Below, piece by piece: positions 47,649-62,800 of a stretch of DNA of 64,000 bases. The translations under genes were made by a program, and so were the position numbers. Positions within the stretch are counted from its first letter, which is position 1. Every line of letters starts with the position of its first letter. Origin of the DNA: Azolla caroliniana (taxonomy: Eukaryota; Plantae; Polypodiophyta); NCBI GenBank assembly GCA_043228905.1, contig JBHGNT010000004.1:17174001-17238000 (forward strand). The letters run 5' to 3'. A model generated the notes under the pieces. That model saw only the letters and a program-made list of their open reading frames with translations. It made no database searches and had not been told where the DNA came from.

Positions 47649-49407
47649 TGACTAAGTTTGTGATTAGACGATTGTTGCCAAGATTAGAATCTTGGAAAGA
47701 GATATTTCTAAATCAGTTGATGTAGTTAAGTCCTAAGACGGGTGGTGTTTGGTCACCCTCTTTAAAATGGTTATTCCTGAATGATGTACAAACACCAAGG
47801 TGGGATCTTGCATCCACTTAATCAACCTCTTCTTGCCAATTCTTTATTTTGAGATAATGCAGGAAAAGTGTTGGGCTTGAGAACTCACCTTGCCTAGGGA
47901 AAATTGGATAATGGGCTTGCTGCATCTGTAAGAATGTGGAATCATTTTCAACAAATGTCACAAGATGATCGTCTTGCACAATTACAATCAATTCATGGTG
48001 CCAAGATAATGACCGCTAGTATATCAGCATCATATTCTTCATTTTCTACAATCTTTCAACACACGAAGGAACATATGTGGTTTGGATGCTTCATAAATGT
48101 CACCTTGGTGGCTGTCAAGGCAGTTTCACCTAACGGGTGCGCTTCTTACTTTAAGGTCCTAGACAATCATACATTACAACCTTACACCTTAGAGTGCAGT
48201 TATCTACAACACTTGTGAAGTGCACCAGTTAGAGTTGTTGCTAAAATTGGAAAGAAATGGATGCTTGATCCTTATCCTTCAATTGCTCATACGTGTGATA
48301 TGTTGTGGTTATATGCAAAAGACCCGGTTGCAAGATTAACATGGGATCCAGGGGGCTGGTTTTGGTCACATTCCTTGGAGGAACAGATCATAAAGGTTCC
48401 TTTCTTTCCATACTCAGTAAAACTTGGAAGAGCACTATTGCTTTCTCGGAATGCAAGGATACCAGCAGCTCTGAAACATTGGACCACTTGGGGGGTCTCA
48501 ACTTTGCATTTGAAAACCTACTGGAAATGGATTTTGGTCATTCAAGGGGCCAACTAAATTTATTCTCTTCAGATGGCTATTAGTGCATATGGCCTTACCA
48601 GTTGGTCACTCATTGAAAGGGAATGTAACACCTAATCTTCAACAATGTGACTTTTGCTACGATGCGCAAAAGACTACCAAGATTGCCCTTTGGTCATGTT
48701 CCTTGGCTCAACAAGTATGGAATAAAGTTCTTTCGTTATTTTTAACAATCAATGTTGGTTGCTTATTTTCATGGGGATCAACAATGTGGGGAGTGTTACA
48801 TTCCAGTTTGATGTTGTATGAGGCAAGCGATGTTCAAGAGGCAATGATGGTACATAATAGAAGATCGATATTGGTCAGCCCCTTTCAACAACCTCGAAAG
48901 CAGGTGCAATCTGCCCAGATATGGAAAACAGTGACTACAATAGCATTATGGGCATTATGGAAATGTCGATGCAACCGACGTTATGATGCGACATATCAGT
49001 GTCTCTCAGATGTCTTGCGTGAGATATGGGAGAACTTGGTGGCAGTAGTCCGTAGCTAGTATGACAACAGGCAGGGTTCACCAAAGACTATGAACAAGAG
49101 AAAGAAGAACCTCCTTCACTTATGGAAAAAGTTACCCCTATTCGTTGAGTCAACTCAAGGGCCTCAATGGAACTATCAACTTCCTTGGACCCTTTCTTGA
49201 TTAACAATGAAGCACGATAGAATGCAAAAGAATAAGAAAATAAAAAAATTACCTTTTACAAAGTTCTAGCTTTGGTCTTAGGATTATCGTGTATCATTGT
49301 ACATGAAAATTGTAAGCTTTTGGGCACATAAGCTTAAGCTGTAGCATTCACATGTTTTTCTTAATACTAATGACGAAAATCTTTGAAGGAAAAAAAAGAA
49401 GAAGAAA
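47620..49407 (+). mobile_element. 5'-truncated L1-type LINE
   Basis: zf-RVT-like ALPVG..CDFC..LWSCSLAQQVW..LWALWKCRC; A-rich tail; 12-bp TSD AAGAGTGCTCAA (47608-47619, 49408-49419). Confidence 0.88.
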
Positions 49408-51050
49408 AAGAGTGCTCAAAGTAATATCTTTATAATGTCAAACCCAAATGAGAACACATTAGCACCCCCCTACCTATTGCATTGCCGTAACATCTACTTC
49501 TTTAGCCTAGTTATTCACAATATTCACATTATGCAATAGAATAAACATTACAAAAAAAACATCTAATCTCTCCAAACATAGTGTTCCATTGTCAACGTAT
49601 GTAGGTTAGGGGTGTCTAGAAAGATGGATTTTTTTGTTTAATGGTGAAAATGAAAATGAATCAAAACAGTAGTGTGAACAAAACAAACATTGTCTTTAAA
49701 AATCAAATATGACCTATCGACGACATTGAAATTTTTTCAAGTAGTGTCTGTGGAGAGAGGACAATGATTTATTTATTTATTCCAAAACAAGGACAACGAT
49801 ATTTTAACGTTCTCCAAAGGCTACAAAGAGAGAGAAACAAAAATGTTGTAGCTTGATTAGCGCAATGAACCTCTAAATGTTGAGAGAAGGTGTGTGAGCA
49901 CAAAATCACGAAGTCAATATCTCTAATAATATTTTCTTTTGCATGTGAGCTTTATCAATTGACTTTCTAATGTTTCGTGCGGAGTGAACATGTGATTGGG
50001 ACTTTTAATATCATGCATGCTCACTTGAAGAATGTAAATTTGAGTCATGGTGAAAGATGCAATGCAATAAAATAACAATACAATAATATATATAGGATCT
50101 AAGAAGTCACAAACTTCAGAAACCATTCTTGAATATATGAAAACTTGTAGCCAAAGATACAACTCTTAGTGAAAAGAAATTGTTTATTTTCCAATAACAA
50201 TGTTTACTTGGTTTGCAAAACTTGGATTAGATCTACAAAGAGTGATTCCACGTGTCTCACAACATGGTTTACCGACATGTCGTGTTTTACCAATAATACT
50301 TCCAGAAACTTTATTAACATGACCAAGTTGTTGTAGATGCCCTCAAAGTGACTTCAAAATTGCAAACTTAAGATATTGAATTTGACTTGTTCTACAAACT
50401 CACAATATTAGTTTCTAGTATAGAAGATTCCTTATAGTTCTTTTTTCGTATCTTGCTTGTCTTTTAGAGCAAGAGTTCCTATAAAGGTCATTCTATCTCA
50501 TTGTCAAACTTTTCATTTACACCTTTATTGTATACAAAATTTAAGGTGTAGTTGCGCGGTTTGGATGTGTGTGTGTGTGTGCACGAAAAGAGACAATGCA
50601 TAAATTGTTGCCATTCTACATCCACTCTTTATGCGATCCATTTGACATTCAATACACACCTCACCTTTGGTCTTACTTGTAGTTACCCTTCATGCCTAGT
50701 GATTACCTAGTCTTATAGTAAGTGTCTCAAACTAGGCTTCTTCATACAAATAGACTTTGAGGTTGGAGACGCCTACCTCTTAGAGAGGCCATGCTAATAA
50801 TAAGTACATGAACCGATTACAACTATTATAATATTGTCTCTCTCCAAAGTAATATATATTCTTATTATATTAATCATTTTTGTTTTCCATGTTGCTTACC
50901 TTGACAATTTCTTATAGTTTAGGTCATCATGGCATTAGCAATAAACAAACTACAATTTGTGTTGCTTTCTTGCCTCTTTTACTAGCAAAAAATGGCTCAA
51001 AGTTTTGGAAGGCCTACATAACTTGTACATATGCAAGAACATATGACAGA

Positions 51051-51088
<38 letters not shown>

Positions 51089-51093
<5 letters not shown>

Positions 51094-52306
51094 AACTTCT
51101 TCTATCCAACCTCTCACTAATACTACTTCACCTCCTCTTCCTTATGCAGACACTTCTATGCAATACACATTAAATAGCAAGATCATGGCTTCAGTAGTAG
51201 TGATCCTAATAATTGCTATCGCATTCGTGGCGAGTCTCCATGTGTACGCGAAATGGTTTTGGAGACATACTCCTTTCCTCCCCGATCGAACCCATAACCG
51301 AATCATCGATACAAGTACTCGGCCACGGAACGACAGGGATCCATGGAACACGATGAACATGGAATTACATCATTACGACCGACCTCGTCATAGTATGAAT
51401 GGCAACTACTACAACACCAATGGTTTGGACAAGGGTGTCATTGAGTCTCTCCCCATCTTCTCTTACAAAGGAACAAGTCAATCCTGTCTTGCTAAGCCTA
51501 ATAATGTAATTAAAGAGAACTATGCATTATCCCAACAACCACAAGATGGGGATGATAGTGGTAATGATGAAGAAGAGGAGAGGAGCTATGGGGTGCTTGA
51601 ATGTGCAGTTTGTTTATGTGAGTTTGAAGCATATGAGAAAGGGAGGTTTCTTCCTTCTTGTCACCATAGCTTCCACATAGAGTGCATTGACATGTGGTTC
51701 ATTTCACATTCTACTTGCCCTCTTTGTAGGACCCCTGTCACTTACCATAACAATGAAGCATCTTCTTCTTCTTCATTACCTCTTTTGTTTCTTCACAACA
51801 ACAACAGCAATAGCAGTAATGAGGAGGAATGCTCTTTTACCAGGCAACACAGAGGGATGATCGGCGAATCATGCTCATCTACAAGGTCATTCACACCCCT
51901 GGAAATGATGTCCAACCATATTAACCTTCACATGATGGAATCAAATGTGGACTGTAGGTATAACCCTAGCATGTCCAATGAATTGTATAGCCATGTAATG
52001 GATAGAGAAGGATGTTCATCATCATTTTCATCTTCTCAACGGATACCGGAAAAGTCGTCAAGTTTTCGAATGTCGATGAAGAGGCTTCTTAGTATGGAGA
52101 GAGTAGGAAGAAGTAGTAGGGTTGTTCCATCTACTAATACTTGTGGTAGTAGCAGTGGAGATTATTATGATAATCATCATGATCACCTTCAAGAAGCCCA
52201 AGCCCAAGTAAAAGGAGAAGCAGCAAGAGTTAAAGAACAAAGTCAAGATCAAATGTGGCCCTCGGATCAAGCGGCATCATCAACGGTCGTGGTGATCGCT
52301 CTTTGA
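51089..52306 (+). CDS. ATL-family RING-H2 E3 ubiquitin ligase (405 aa, intronless)
   Basis: N-terminal transmembrane helix followed by [12 protein letters not shown] motif ([13 protein letters not shown]) and RING-H2 [36 protein letters not shown] (GA)n tract directly precedes the ATG. Confidence 0.95.
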
Positions 52307-53581
52307 AAAGGAGGAGCCTCAAATTCCTGTTCATCATCATCAGCATCATCATCATTGATTGATCCATTGACTTACATCAATCAAGTCTTCATGACTATGG
52401 TTAAATGGGACAACTTTGAGTTTATACGGGGAGGGCCCAGGGCCAGGACATTATTGCCTCACTTCTTTAATAATAGCCAAATGCCCACCATTTGGGATTG
52501 TTGGCCTTGTCGTCGGGATGGCCATTGTCTAGGCTCTTTAGTAGTCCGCATTTGCTATGCCCTTGATGTTTCAATGGCTAGTTGGTTGGTTTATGTCTCT
52601 ATGGCTATGTCATATGGATGCCCAAAGAAACTATGTAAATACATATATTGCAATCCAAAATGGACAAAAGTGTAAGTAGTTCTTAGATTTTCAATCATTT
52701 AATTTAAAACTCGGATGCCACTCTTTCATGCAATATAAATCATCAACGCTAAAATCATGTGTAACTTTAGTTTTATGAGGTAACAAGCTATAGGTGGCTT
52801 GACCACTGGAGTCTAGGAGGGCCACGAAAAGAGTGTTTAATACTTCACAAAAAGTGTTTAGCAATTCAAGTCAATCATTTAAGCTTCAACCATGCATTGA
52901 GGTGGAAAGTTAGAGATATTTAAGAGTTTAGAAGGATGCGTTGTACTACATGCCAAAGTGGATTTGACTTTCTATGTCACATTGATTCCCTTTTTTCACA
53001 TTTGAAAGTTGTTCCATCGGAATGTGTGATATTGTGAGCAATAGGACACCTTTCTTTGTGAAGTCGTGGTGTCATGTGACATGTCCCCACGTATTATTAT
53101 AAATTTTGTTAGGAAAAGACTAGAATCTTTGCATCAAATATAGGCTTCTTGCTCATAGATTTGGCCTCTTCTTCAATGATGTATCTAATATTGTTTTATT
53201 TGTTTGTGATTAATTATTTCCACTACACCATACATTTGTTGGTGTAGAAGAACTTTGGTACCATACTTTCCTAAACGTGTGTTTGTCATTTTGTCATGAT
53301 TCACGAATGAATCCCTTCGATGACCAAATGCAACCATGTTTAAAACCCTTCCATATTCTCGCTTTATGTCACTACACTCTTGTTTAGATTTCATTTTAGA
53401 ATGGCCACTAATAAGAATCTTTTGCTTGTAAAGAGATGAGTCTGAAGATGGAATGTGAACCCAAGTTCCAATTTGAGTATGAAATTAGTTAAAAAAATCT
53501 TCACTCTAAATGAAAATAATGTCGCTCTGAAGATAGAGATGTTAGTCATTGTTGTAAGAGGCCAGAGAGAGAGAGAGAGAC

Positions 53582-53620
<39 letters not shown>

Positions 53621-53685
53621 TAATGATGAGTAAATGCTCACACCTATGTATATATAACTTTAGAATATCAAGAGGAACGTATTAA

Positions 53686-55453
53686 AAGATGTTGAGGGAG
53701 AGGGAGATCCATCCACTAGGCAATGCCAATATCAAACCTCCCGACTCCTTGAATTGGTGCTGCACGAGCGGAGTCCCACCTAAGCTGGCTTGCCATCCGG
53801 AGGACAGGGTCGCGAACTCCATCTTGCGGGCATGGTGCCATCTACGACAACATTTGGTCAAGCACACCCCGGAGACATTGACCGAATGGACTAGATAGCC
53901 ACTATTCTGGAATCCTCACGTGCGAACAAGTGACGACACGATGCTAGGGCAACTTAAAGGCCTAGCATGGGGAAAGCTAGCACAAACAGGCCTCCTATCT
54001 ATAGATGATTGGAGACGCATGGTTGTTTCAGGAAGAGCCCAAGAGGACCTTTTCCCTCCCCTCAAGGGAGCTACGAAAATGCGGAGACTGATAGTTGAGG
54101 CAGTTGATAGGGTTCCGATGGGGGAGGCGACAGTACATGCATGGTTCAGTCTCTTTGACACAACTGGAATGGTCAAGTCGCTAAAGGGCGTGAGCGGATC
54201 GGGGAGAGATACAGTTTTTGGGGACAGTCAAAGCAGGGGCTCTTGGCACCCAATCCGAGTGGTGGCACAGGTTGATAACATCTGGAAGACAGACCCGGAT
54301 GTTGCTAAGGTGGAACCCCATTGGAGGTTAAGGGTATACGACTGTCGCCCCCTTCTCGATTTGGATTGGGACCCAGGGGATTTCAGATGGAAACATGACA
54401 ATAGACTCCACCACTACTTCGATTACACCACTAAATTGGGTCAGACTTTCTAGCTGCAACTAGGCGGCCCCCTTCGCGATGGCTGGCGAACATTGGGCAT
54501 CCCCGATGAGGCGCTCATTACCTTTTGGAAGGGTCTCTGGTGTCTCCACATGCCTGAAAAGATCAAGCTCTTTTGGTGGCAGATCGGTCATAATGTGGTG
54601 CCCGTTGGCGAATGGCTAGATAAACGTGGCGGCCCGTTAGGCTGCCCACTGTGCTCTCGACCTATTGAGACTCTGAGACATTGTCTATGGGATTGCCCTC
54701 AAGCTCAAAAGGTATGGGATAGAGTGACTCGCCTCCTTGCGGCATGTGAAGTTGAAGGAACAGCCTCGTGGAGCGCTGCGGCATGGATTGATCACTCGGT
54801 CGAAGGGTGGACGGACGCCGTCAATGCGGATAGTTGGTGCTATGTATGCACGAGAGGCAAAATCGTCAAGATCCGTTTTGAAGGAGGCTTACAACCCGCA
54901 TCCCCTAGGTTTCCGGAAATCTGGATGTTGATCGCAGGTTTCACCTTGTGGTATATATGGAAAGCACGTTGCCTCAAGGTTTTCCAAGGTACGGTACGAC
55001 CCCCGGAGGAAGTGATCATGGACATATGGTTCGTGCTTATCAGCTGCCTACGAGGGCAACTGGAAGAGGTTTGCAGCCACTCCAACGACGTGGTCACTGC
55101 CCATTTGCGCTTTTGGCAGAAATGGCGGAACACACCTATGGTGATGCAAGGCGGGAGTGGCCCGAGGTGGAACTACCAGCCCCCACGTTGGATGTTTCGT
55201 ACTCACCTGCCACCCTCTATTCGTTGTAGGCCCCAAGAGCCGACTCGTACTAGGCAACATTGAAGGGCATCGCCTTGGATATAGGTAGCTTCTTACATTA
55301 ACTTAGGCTGCAAGGCATTGTAAGTAGGCGCATCTTCTTTTACTTGATCGGAGGAAGACTCCCCAATGTGTGTATAAGTCTCCTTGTAGACTCTCTATGT
55401 AATAATCCTTCCTAACTAATGGGAAAGTAGCGTCATTTTGAAAAAAAAAAAAA
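53686..55453 (+). mobile_element. 5'-truncated L1-type LINE (ORF2 C-terminus, 3' UTR, poly-A)
   Basis: PEKIKLFWW..PVGEWL..CPLC..ETLRHCLWDC..VW..LWYIWKARC; A13 tail at 55441-55453; a few stops. No TSD identified; left boundary approximate. Confidence 0.85.
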
Positions 55454-56049
55454 CCTCCACATTGCACTAAACATATTTTGTCATCAAACCTCCACAACCT
55501 TGAAGCCAACCACAACTAATGCTTGTGAAAATTTATAGACATTGAAACCTTCATTCAACTTATCTTTCAATATTTTCACGAATTTAGCTTACAAACTTAA
55601 AACAATTGTAAATTTGGGCAAATCTTTGAAAATTATTGATCATAAAAATTAGCCAAAAGTGTTATGAATACTTGAAAATTTCCCCTCATTGATAAGCATT
55701 CCCTTGTTTTGTGCCAGAATTTATAAAAAAGACTAATGTTTTTGTTAACCTTATGTTGTTAAAATTGCTATATAGGTTACATAATAAGCCCGCCAACTCA
55801 CTTTCATATCAATACACAACTCCTAAAAAAATTAGAGTTTTCAACCTTCTTGTGAATTGACGACTATTTAGCTCTTTTTGTTCTAGTTTCACTTAGCATA
55901 TTTATATGATAATTTTCCAATTCGAAAACCCATATGAGGGTGAAACCATCCATATGATCATGGAGGGCAGAGTATATTTGTTATTAGTAAGACAAAAATG
56001 CACATAGATGTATAATAGGCAAATATTTTCAGTGTTCCTTACTAAAGGA

Positions 56050-59000
56050 TCGAGCAAGGGGTTCATGATGTAGAAGTAGGACTGATATATGTGGTGGTGG
56101 AATATGAGGGCTTACCTGGCCAATGTTTTTATTGTAAAAAGAAGGGCCACATTGCTAAGGAATGCCCTAGGAAGATCAACAGTAATGGGAGGGCGGGAAA
56201 GGACAAAGGGCAGGTTGCTAGGCAAGAGAATATAGGGGTGAAATATCAGAACACCCTCAATGGGGTAGTGAAGGAGAAGGCTAATACAGATGCTTGGATT
56301 CTAGTTTTGGGACGGAAAAATCACTTGCAGCAAGAAGGAAACACAAACACAATTATGCCTCATGTAAGGTTGAGGAATAGCTTTGAGGCATTGTTGGAAG
56401 AGGAGGATCTGTTACAGGATCAAAGTTCAAATAATGTTGAAGAGGTGGTAGTGTGCACACCTGATGCGTTGCTTGGTAAGAGTGGAAGTATCGGACTGAG
56501 AGCGGTCAAAGAGTGGTTACGCACTGGGAGGGGTCAAGAAAGCTCACCAATCAATTCCGAAACTTAGAAGGTGCATGAAACAAGACAAGTAACTTTAGGC
56601 ATAGATGCTTGAGTTCCGGTCAAATTTGTTCAGTCCAAAAGAGCAATAAGGGATAGGTTCGACAAGGGGTGCAGGTTTAGCCAACAAGCTCTCAAGAGAT
56701 TGATTGACTTATGTCATGAGGAAGGCCCGGGGCTGAGGGTTTATGTGGTTGTCAATGAACACAACAAGCTGTCAAATGCTTGTTTATCCTTTGACCTGAC
56801 AGACCTGGAGATTTCAACCAATAACATGGAATGGATTTCGAGTTCCATAACCAGTAGGGCGAACAAGTACTTTAACAATTTTCCCATCACTTCAAATGGA
56901 GATAACTGGAGAGTGATGTGGATGAATGCATTAAAAAATAGTTGCTACTAAGCATAGAAGAGAGGGTAGACTTCCTCGATGAGGTGTTGCACTTCCATGA
57001 GGAGGAAATGGAGGATGCAATGTGGTAGGATATTGGTTGGGATGGGAGAGGCTTAGTAAGGACGGTTGGGCGTGGACTCAAGGGGAGGGGCTATGTACGT
57101 CATGGGAGATTGCACTCATGTTTTCATGAAATTACTCACATGGAACATACAAGGTCTAGGGGGTAGCAAATGTATGTTGGAGAGGAAGAACTTCCGACAG
57201 GAGTTCAAATACCCAAGTTTCAAGGGGGCTCCGGATATATTGTTGCTGCAAGAGCACCATCTAAGTGCGAACAGGATCTTGAATATTGGCAATCCTCTTG
57301 AGGGGGATTGGCAGATGTTCTTGTCCCCAACTCAAGGTGAGCACGATAGGAAATGGGGTGTCTGTACATCTATAAGGAAGTCTTCAAATGTTGTTGTGAT
57401 GGGACAAGACACCATAGTGGAGGGACTTGCCATCTATGTGACTAGTAGATGGTCCCAATGTATAATTGGCATAATAAATGTGTATGCACCCAATTCGTCA
57501 ACGAACCGAGCCCTTTTTTGGAGGCAATTAGTCGATGGCCTGCCGATTGCAGATGCATGGATCCTTGCTGGGGATTTTAACATGACTTTGTACAAAGAGG
57601 ACAAGGTGGGGGGGGTATGCCAATGGTGGTGCAAGGGGCTGAACTAGTTGCATGGAATTTGTTGATGGGACGAATGGGGGTGAAAGATGCATGGCATGTA
57701 ATAAAAAAGCCTCGAAGTTCTCTAAGCTTTTCGAGAGCAGGCTGTAGTATGCATGACTTTTGCATGTCTCGCATAGACAGAATATACATCCGTTCGGAAC
57801 TAGAAAAATTTGGAACCAATGTTCAAATCATTGCAGGTTCAGCCTACTCTGATCATATGCCGGTTAAGATAACGCTAGAAACGCAGAGGAGACCAACAAG
57901 GGACTACAATGTGAGGATCAACAAAAAACGTTTTGAGGATGTGGAGGTGAGTAGAAACATAAGGCGTATATGGGAAAGCAATTCGGCTGGGTGTTGCGCA
58001 ATTGATAAACTTCGAGGGAATATTATCGAAACTTCAACTTATCTCCATAGGGTGACGAAAAGTAGAATTACAAGGTCTAAGGAGGAAGAAATGTGTTTAA
58101 GGAGATCAATAGCGACTGCCCAAAGGCTATTACAAAAAGATCCCTGATGCCAATGGTCTAGGGCAGGCCTTGAGGCTGCCAGAGAAACGTTGCAACTCTT
58201 GACTGCATTGAGAAATACGATGCTATTTAGGAGTTCGGCGGCATGGTGGAGCAAAAATGGGGATAAGGTGAATAAACATTTTTTCATGCATAAACAATCT
58301 AGAATAAACTATAGCTACAATCTGAAGCTGGTTAAGGAAGATAGCTCTATGTTGGAGGATATTTTGGAGATCTTGGAGGCGGTCACCTCTCACTATTATG
58401 AGTTGCTTTCGGATAGTTATAGTATCCCCGAACAACCTACTATGATAGAATATGTGTTAGAGGCAATACAACACAAAATTTCAGATGCGGCACAAGCTAA
58501 TCTAGTGAGGCCTCTCTTGGAGGAGGAGGTGGCTGATGCTTTGGCAGGTATTTGCAAAATGTCCTGTCCAGGCTCCGATGGACTATCAAGAGATTTTTTC
58601 GAAAAATTTTGGGACATGATCAAGCCAGTTTTGGTTGATGGGCTAAACGAGGCATGGGATATTGGGTACTTACCTGAGCAAATTCAAGAGGGGATGACAT
58701 TTCAAATTCCTAAGGTACAAGGTGTAACAACTAATGCAAGGCAATGGAGACCGATCACGTTTCTCAACACAATATATAAGATATTTGCCAATATACTAGC
58801 CAAGAGGGTAAAACCTACCTGCAGGAACTAATCCATGTTGGAAAACAGGGTTCATGGAAAACAGATGCATAATTGATAATGTGTTCACATTTTGGGAGGC
58901 GATTGCCTTGGCAAAGAAAACCAATCAACACATTGCCTGTCTCATGCTTGACTTTGAGAAGGCATATGATAGAGTTCAGTGGCCTCTTTTAGATAAAGTC

Positions 59001-59868
59001 ATGGAAAGGTTGGGATTACCTTTAAAATGGAGATCGGCTGCGTTGGCCCTTTACAAAGGAAGTTTGAGTAGGGTGTTAGTGGTAGGGCATCGTGGCCCAT
59101 CAATTCCATTACGTAGGTCTGTTACACAGGAGTGCCCGCTGGCCCCCTATCTTTTTTTATTTATTACAAAAGCATTCTCTTTCTTTTTTAACAGATCGGA
59201 TGTAGGAATAAGGGGTTTAGTTATTCCACATGCGAGCAAGGATTTGTTGGACTTTGAGTATGCAGATGACGCTATGCTTTACTTTCAAGGCAATGATGCT
59301 AATTTAGAGAAGGCTGAAGGACGGATTGAGAGGTTTTGCAAAGCGTCAGGGGGGAAAATTAACTGGAACAAAAGTAGAGGATTTTGGGTAAGTTCAAACC
59401 CACGGCCGTTATGGTGTCCTAACCTTGATTTTCAATGGGTCCCCAATGGCATGGCTGTTAAGTATTTGGGCTTTTTGGTGGGAGTTGAGACACCTAAAAA
59501 TCAGTAGCTTGATCAGGTCAAAGACAAAATTAGGAAAAAGCTTCGATTGTGGGCATCAGTAAAGCTCTCCCTTACTGGTAGGGTTGTGGTGGTGAACCAT
59601 ATTTTGTTGGCCACCATGTGGCATTCAATGGCATGTTGGATGTTAGACAAAGAGTGCATAAAAAATATTAAGGCAATGGTGAGAGGGTTCTTGTGGTCAG
59701 GTAGAGACAATGATCTGATGGCGTCAGCTAAAGTAGCATGGGGTTGTTTAATTAAGACAAAGAATCAAGGAGGATTTGGACTGGTGGATCCAATTCACCA
59801 AAGTAAGGCTCTACTTGGTAAGTTTTTGGTGCGAAGTCTGCAACCCGAACCAAAATTGTGGAAGTGCT
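56050..59868 (+). mobile_element. Degenerate L1-type LINE: ORF1 zinc knuckle, ORF2 APE endonuclease and RT, interrupted by a copia
   Basis: YEGLPGQCFYCKKKGHIAKEC; LTWNIQGL, LQEHH, NVYAPN, GDFN, SRIDR, SDHMPV; WRPITFLN, LDFEKAYDRV, YADD. Contains frameshifts and stops. Confidence 0.93.
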
Positions 59869-62800
59869 TGTTAGGAAACACATTCCTCCGGATGGGAAGT
59901 GAGAAGAACAGTACTGATGAGCAAACTCGGCCGAGGCCGAAACCGGATGTGGAAGACCCAGCTACGGAAGACCCGGTGAGAATCGGATGAAGAGTACCCA
60001 ACTACGGAAGACCCAGTGAGAACCGGATGACGAGTGCCCGGCAAGATCCGGATGATGCAGGCCCGGTGAGGAGCGCTCACCGGATGAAGGGACATATTCG
60101 TAAATATATCGTCTGAGAGTCCATTGGGGCTATATTTGTAAATAGCCAAAAAGTCATATTAATATAAATATGACTTAGGGCAAACTTATTAAGAGGTTGT
60201 CATTCTTGTTGGTGCAAGACTTGAGAGTGCGTAACAGTGTACAGAGAGAGAGAGAGAGGAAGAGGTCGCTGCCTCTGTTGTAACCGCCGCCTGTGGCGAA
60301 GATCGTGAGCACGAGGTCGTTGCCTCCGTGAGCTCACTGTTGTAATCATTGTGATATAGTGATAGTTTGGAGTCTGTGGACTCCCGTGGTTTTTCCCTCT
60401 CAGGGTTTTCCACGTTAAACATCCTGTGTACTCTTCTCTCCTTTGTGTCGTGCGTTCATTATCCGTTTTCTGTGTTTGATCTTAGACTCGGTTGTGGCTG
60501 AGCGTTGTATATCGGGAGCGTGCAGTTCCTGTCAAAGTGGTATCAGAGCAAGGCAACACAGAAAAATGGACGATTCGTTGGGAGGCATGTTCAAGCTCAC
60601 CGGCTCCAACTATTCGGTGTGGAAGTCGAAGATGAGGGACATGCTTGTGGTTAAAGACCTTTGGTTGCCGGTTCAGTTCGGGGACAAGAGATTGGACAAA
60701 ATCGACGCCACGATGTGGGAGGTGATGCACATGAAGACAACAACGTACATATGGTGCTTCATCGACATGAGCCTATACAACAACTTCAATGAAGAGAGCA
60801 AGGCTCATGAGCTTTGGGAGAAGATCGGCATTATGTTTCAAAACAAAAATGTTGTTAATCAGGTTTTGGTATTCCGGAAGCTAGTAAGACTCCGGTACCA
60901 AGATGGCTCCAGCATGGGGGAGCACATGAATGCCTTCCAGGGGCTGATCCACCAGGAAACATCATTGGAAGTACCTCTTGCCGATGAGGTACTAGCACTA
61001 CTACTACTCGGTTCCCTCCCAGATAGCTGGGAGACATTGGTTGTCACCTTGGGCAACGTCGGGCCGAAAGGGAAATGGTTATCCCTAGCAAGAGTGAAGT
61101 CGAGCTTGCTAGATGAGGAGGCGCGTCGGAAAGATAAGGATACGAGCTCCGACTCCAAAGCGCTCCTTACCGAATCAGAACGCGGAAGACAAAGAAACCG
61201 TAGTTCCCAGAACCGGGAAAAGTCGGGGACGCGGTCAAAGTCAAGGAGGAGGCCTACTTGCTTCTATTGCGGCAAGCCGGGACACTTCCAGAAGAACTGT
61301 CGGCATTTCCGAAAAGACAAGGAAACCGACGGTACCGATTCGAAGCGGGCACCGGACCGGAACGGTAAAGACCGGAGGGGACCGGACCGGAAGGGAACGA
61401 CGGCAATCGCGGCAAGTGATGAAGAGTTGATGCTCATCACCGAGGAGAGTGAGATAAACTTTGTCGGCGACGAGATGACCTGGGTGGTCGACTCCGGAGC
61501 GTCGTTCCTCCTTACCCTAGACCGGAAATGCTTCTCATCCTATGCAGCCGGTGATCACGGCTGTGTCCGGATGGGGAATGAAGGTACATGCCGAATTGTT
61601 GGCATAGGAGACGTGTGGCTGAAAACACCAACTGGATGCAAGCTGCTGCTAAAGGATGTCCGACATGTTCCGGAGGTTCGTCTGAACCTGATATCAGTCA
61701 ATCGGCTAGATGATGAAGGCTACACGGGTAGCATTCCGGAACGGTGTTATGAAGTTCAGCAAAGGGAGCCTGATTGTGGCTTGGGCCCAGAAGGTAAACA
61801 TGTTGTACCTGATGAATGCCTGGTTATGCTCGGAAGAAGTGAACGTGGCATCCAACACTGCCGGTGAGCTGTGGCACAAGAGGCTGTGTCACATGAGCGA
61901 GAAGGGGATGAACAGGCTTGCAGACGACAACCTCATTCCACTGAAGAACGTGCACTTGGAGAAGTGCACTGATTGTCTGGCCGGTAAGCAAAACCGGACC
62001 TCCTTCCGACCAAGGCCACCGATGAGACGTAATGCACCACTGGAGTTGGTGCATACTGATGTGTGTCAAGTGGACATGAAGTCACATGCAAGATCGCAGT
62101 ACTTCGTGACGTTCATAGATGACCACAGCCGGAAGTTTTGGGCCTCACCGTTGAAGACGAAGGATCAAGTGCTATCCGTCTTCAAAGAGCTCCACGTGAG
62201 AGTGGAAAGAGAAACCGGCCGGAAGCTGAAGGCAGTTTGAGCAGATAACGGAGGTGAATACCGGGGGCAGTTCAAGGAGTACTGTCGCTTGAAGGGAATC
62301 CAGCTCGAATTTACCGTGCCGAAGACGCCGGAACTAAACGGGCTGGCCGAGAGGATGAACCGAACCATAATGGAGAGGGTCCGGAGTATGCTGGCGCATG
62401 CAAAACTACCCAAGAAGTTTTGGGTTGAGGCACTGTCGATGGCGACATATGTGATAAACAGATCACCCTCAATACACTTGGACGGAGACACGCCACAGAG
62501 AGTCTGGACCGGTAAGGAAGTATCCTACCGGCATCTGAAGGTATTCGGGTGTCTCGCGTACGTGCTTGTAGCTAAGGACCGGAGAGGAAAGTTAGATCCA
62601 AAGACCTGGCCATGCATATTCCTCAGTTACGGCGACGATGAGTTCGGCTACCGAGTGTGGGACCCGGTCGACAAGAAGGTATTCCGGAGTCGAGATATTA
62701 TCGTCATGGAGGACAAGACGCTCGCCGACTGGGAGTCGGAGAAGAAGATAATAAACTCCGAGTCGACCGGTAGGGATCGATTCTACGATGAGCAGACCCA

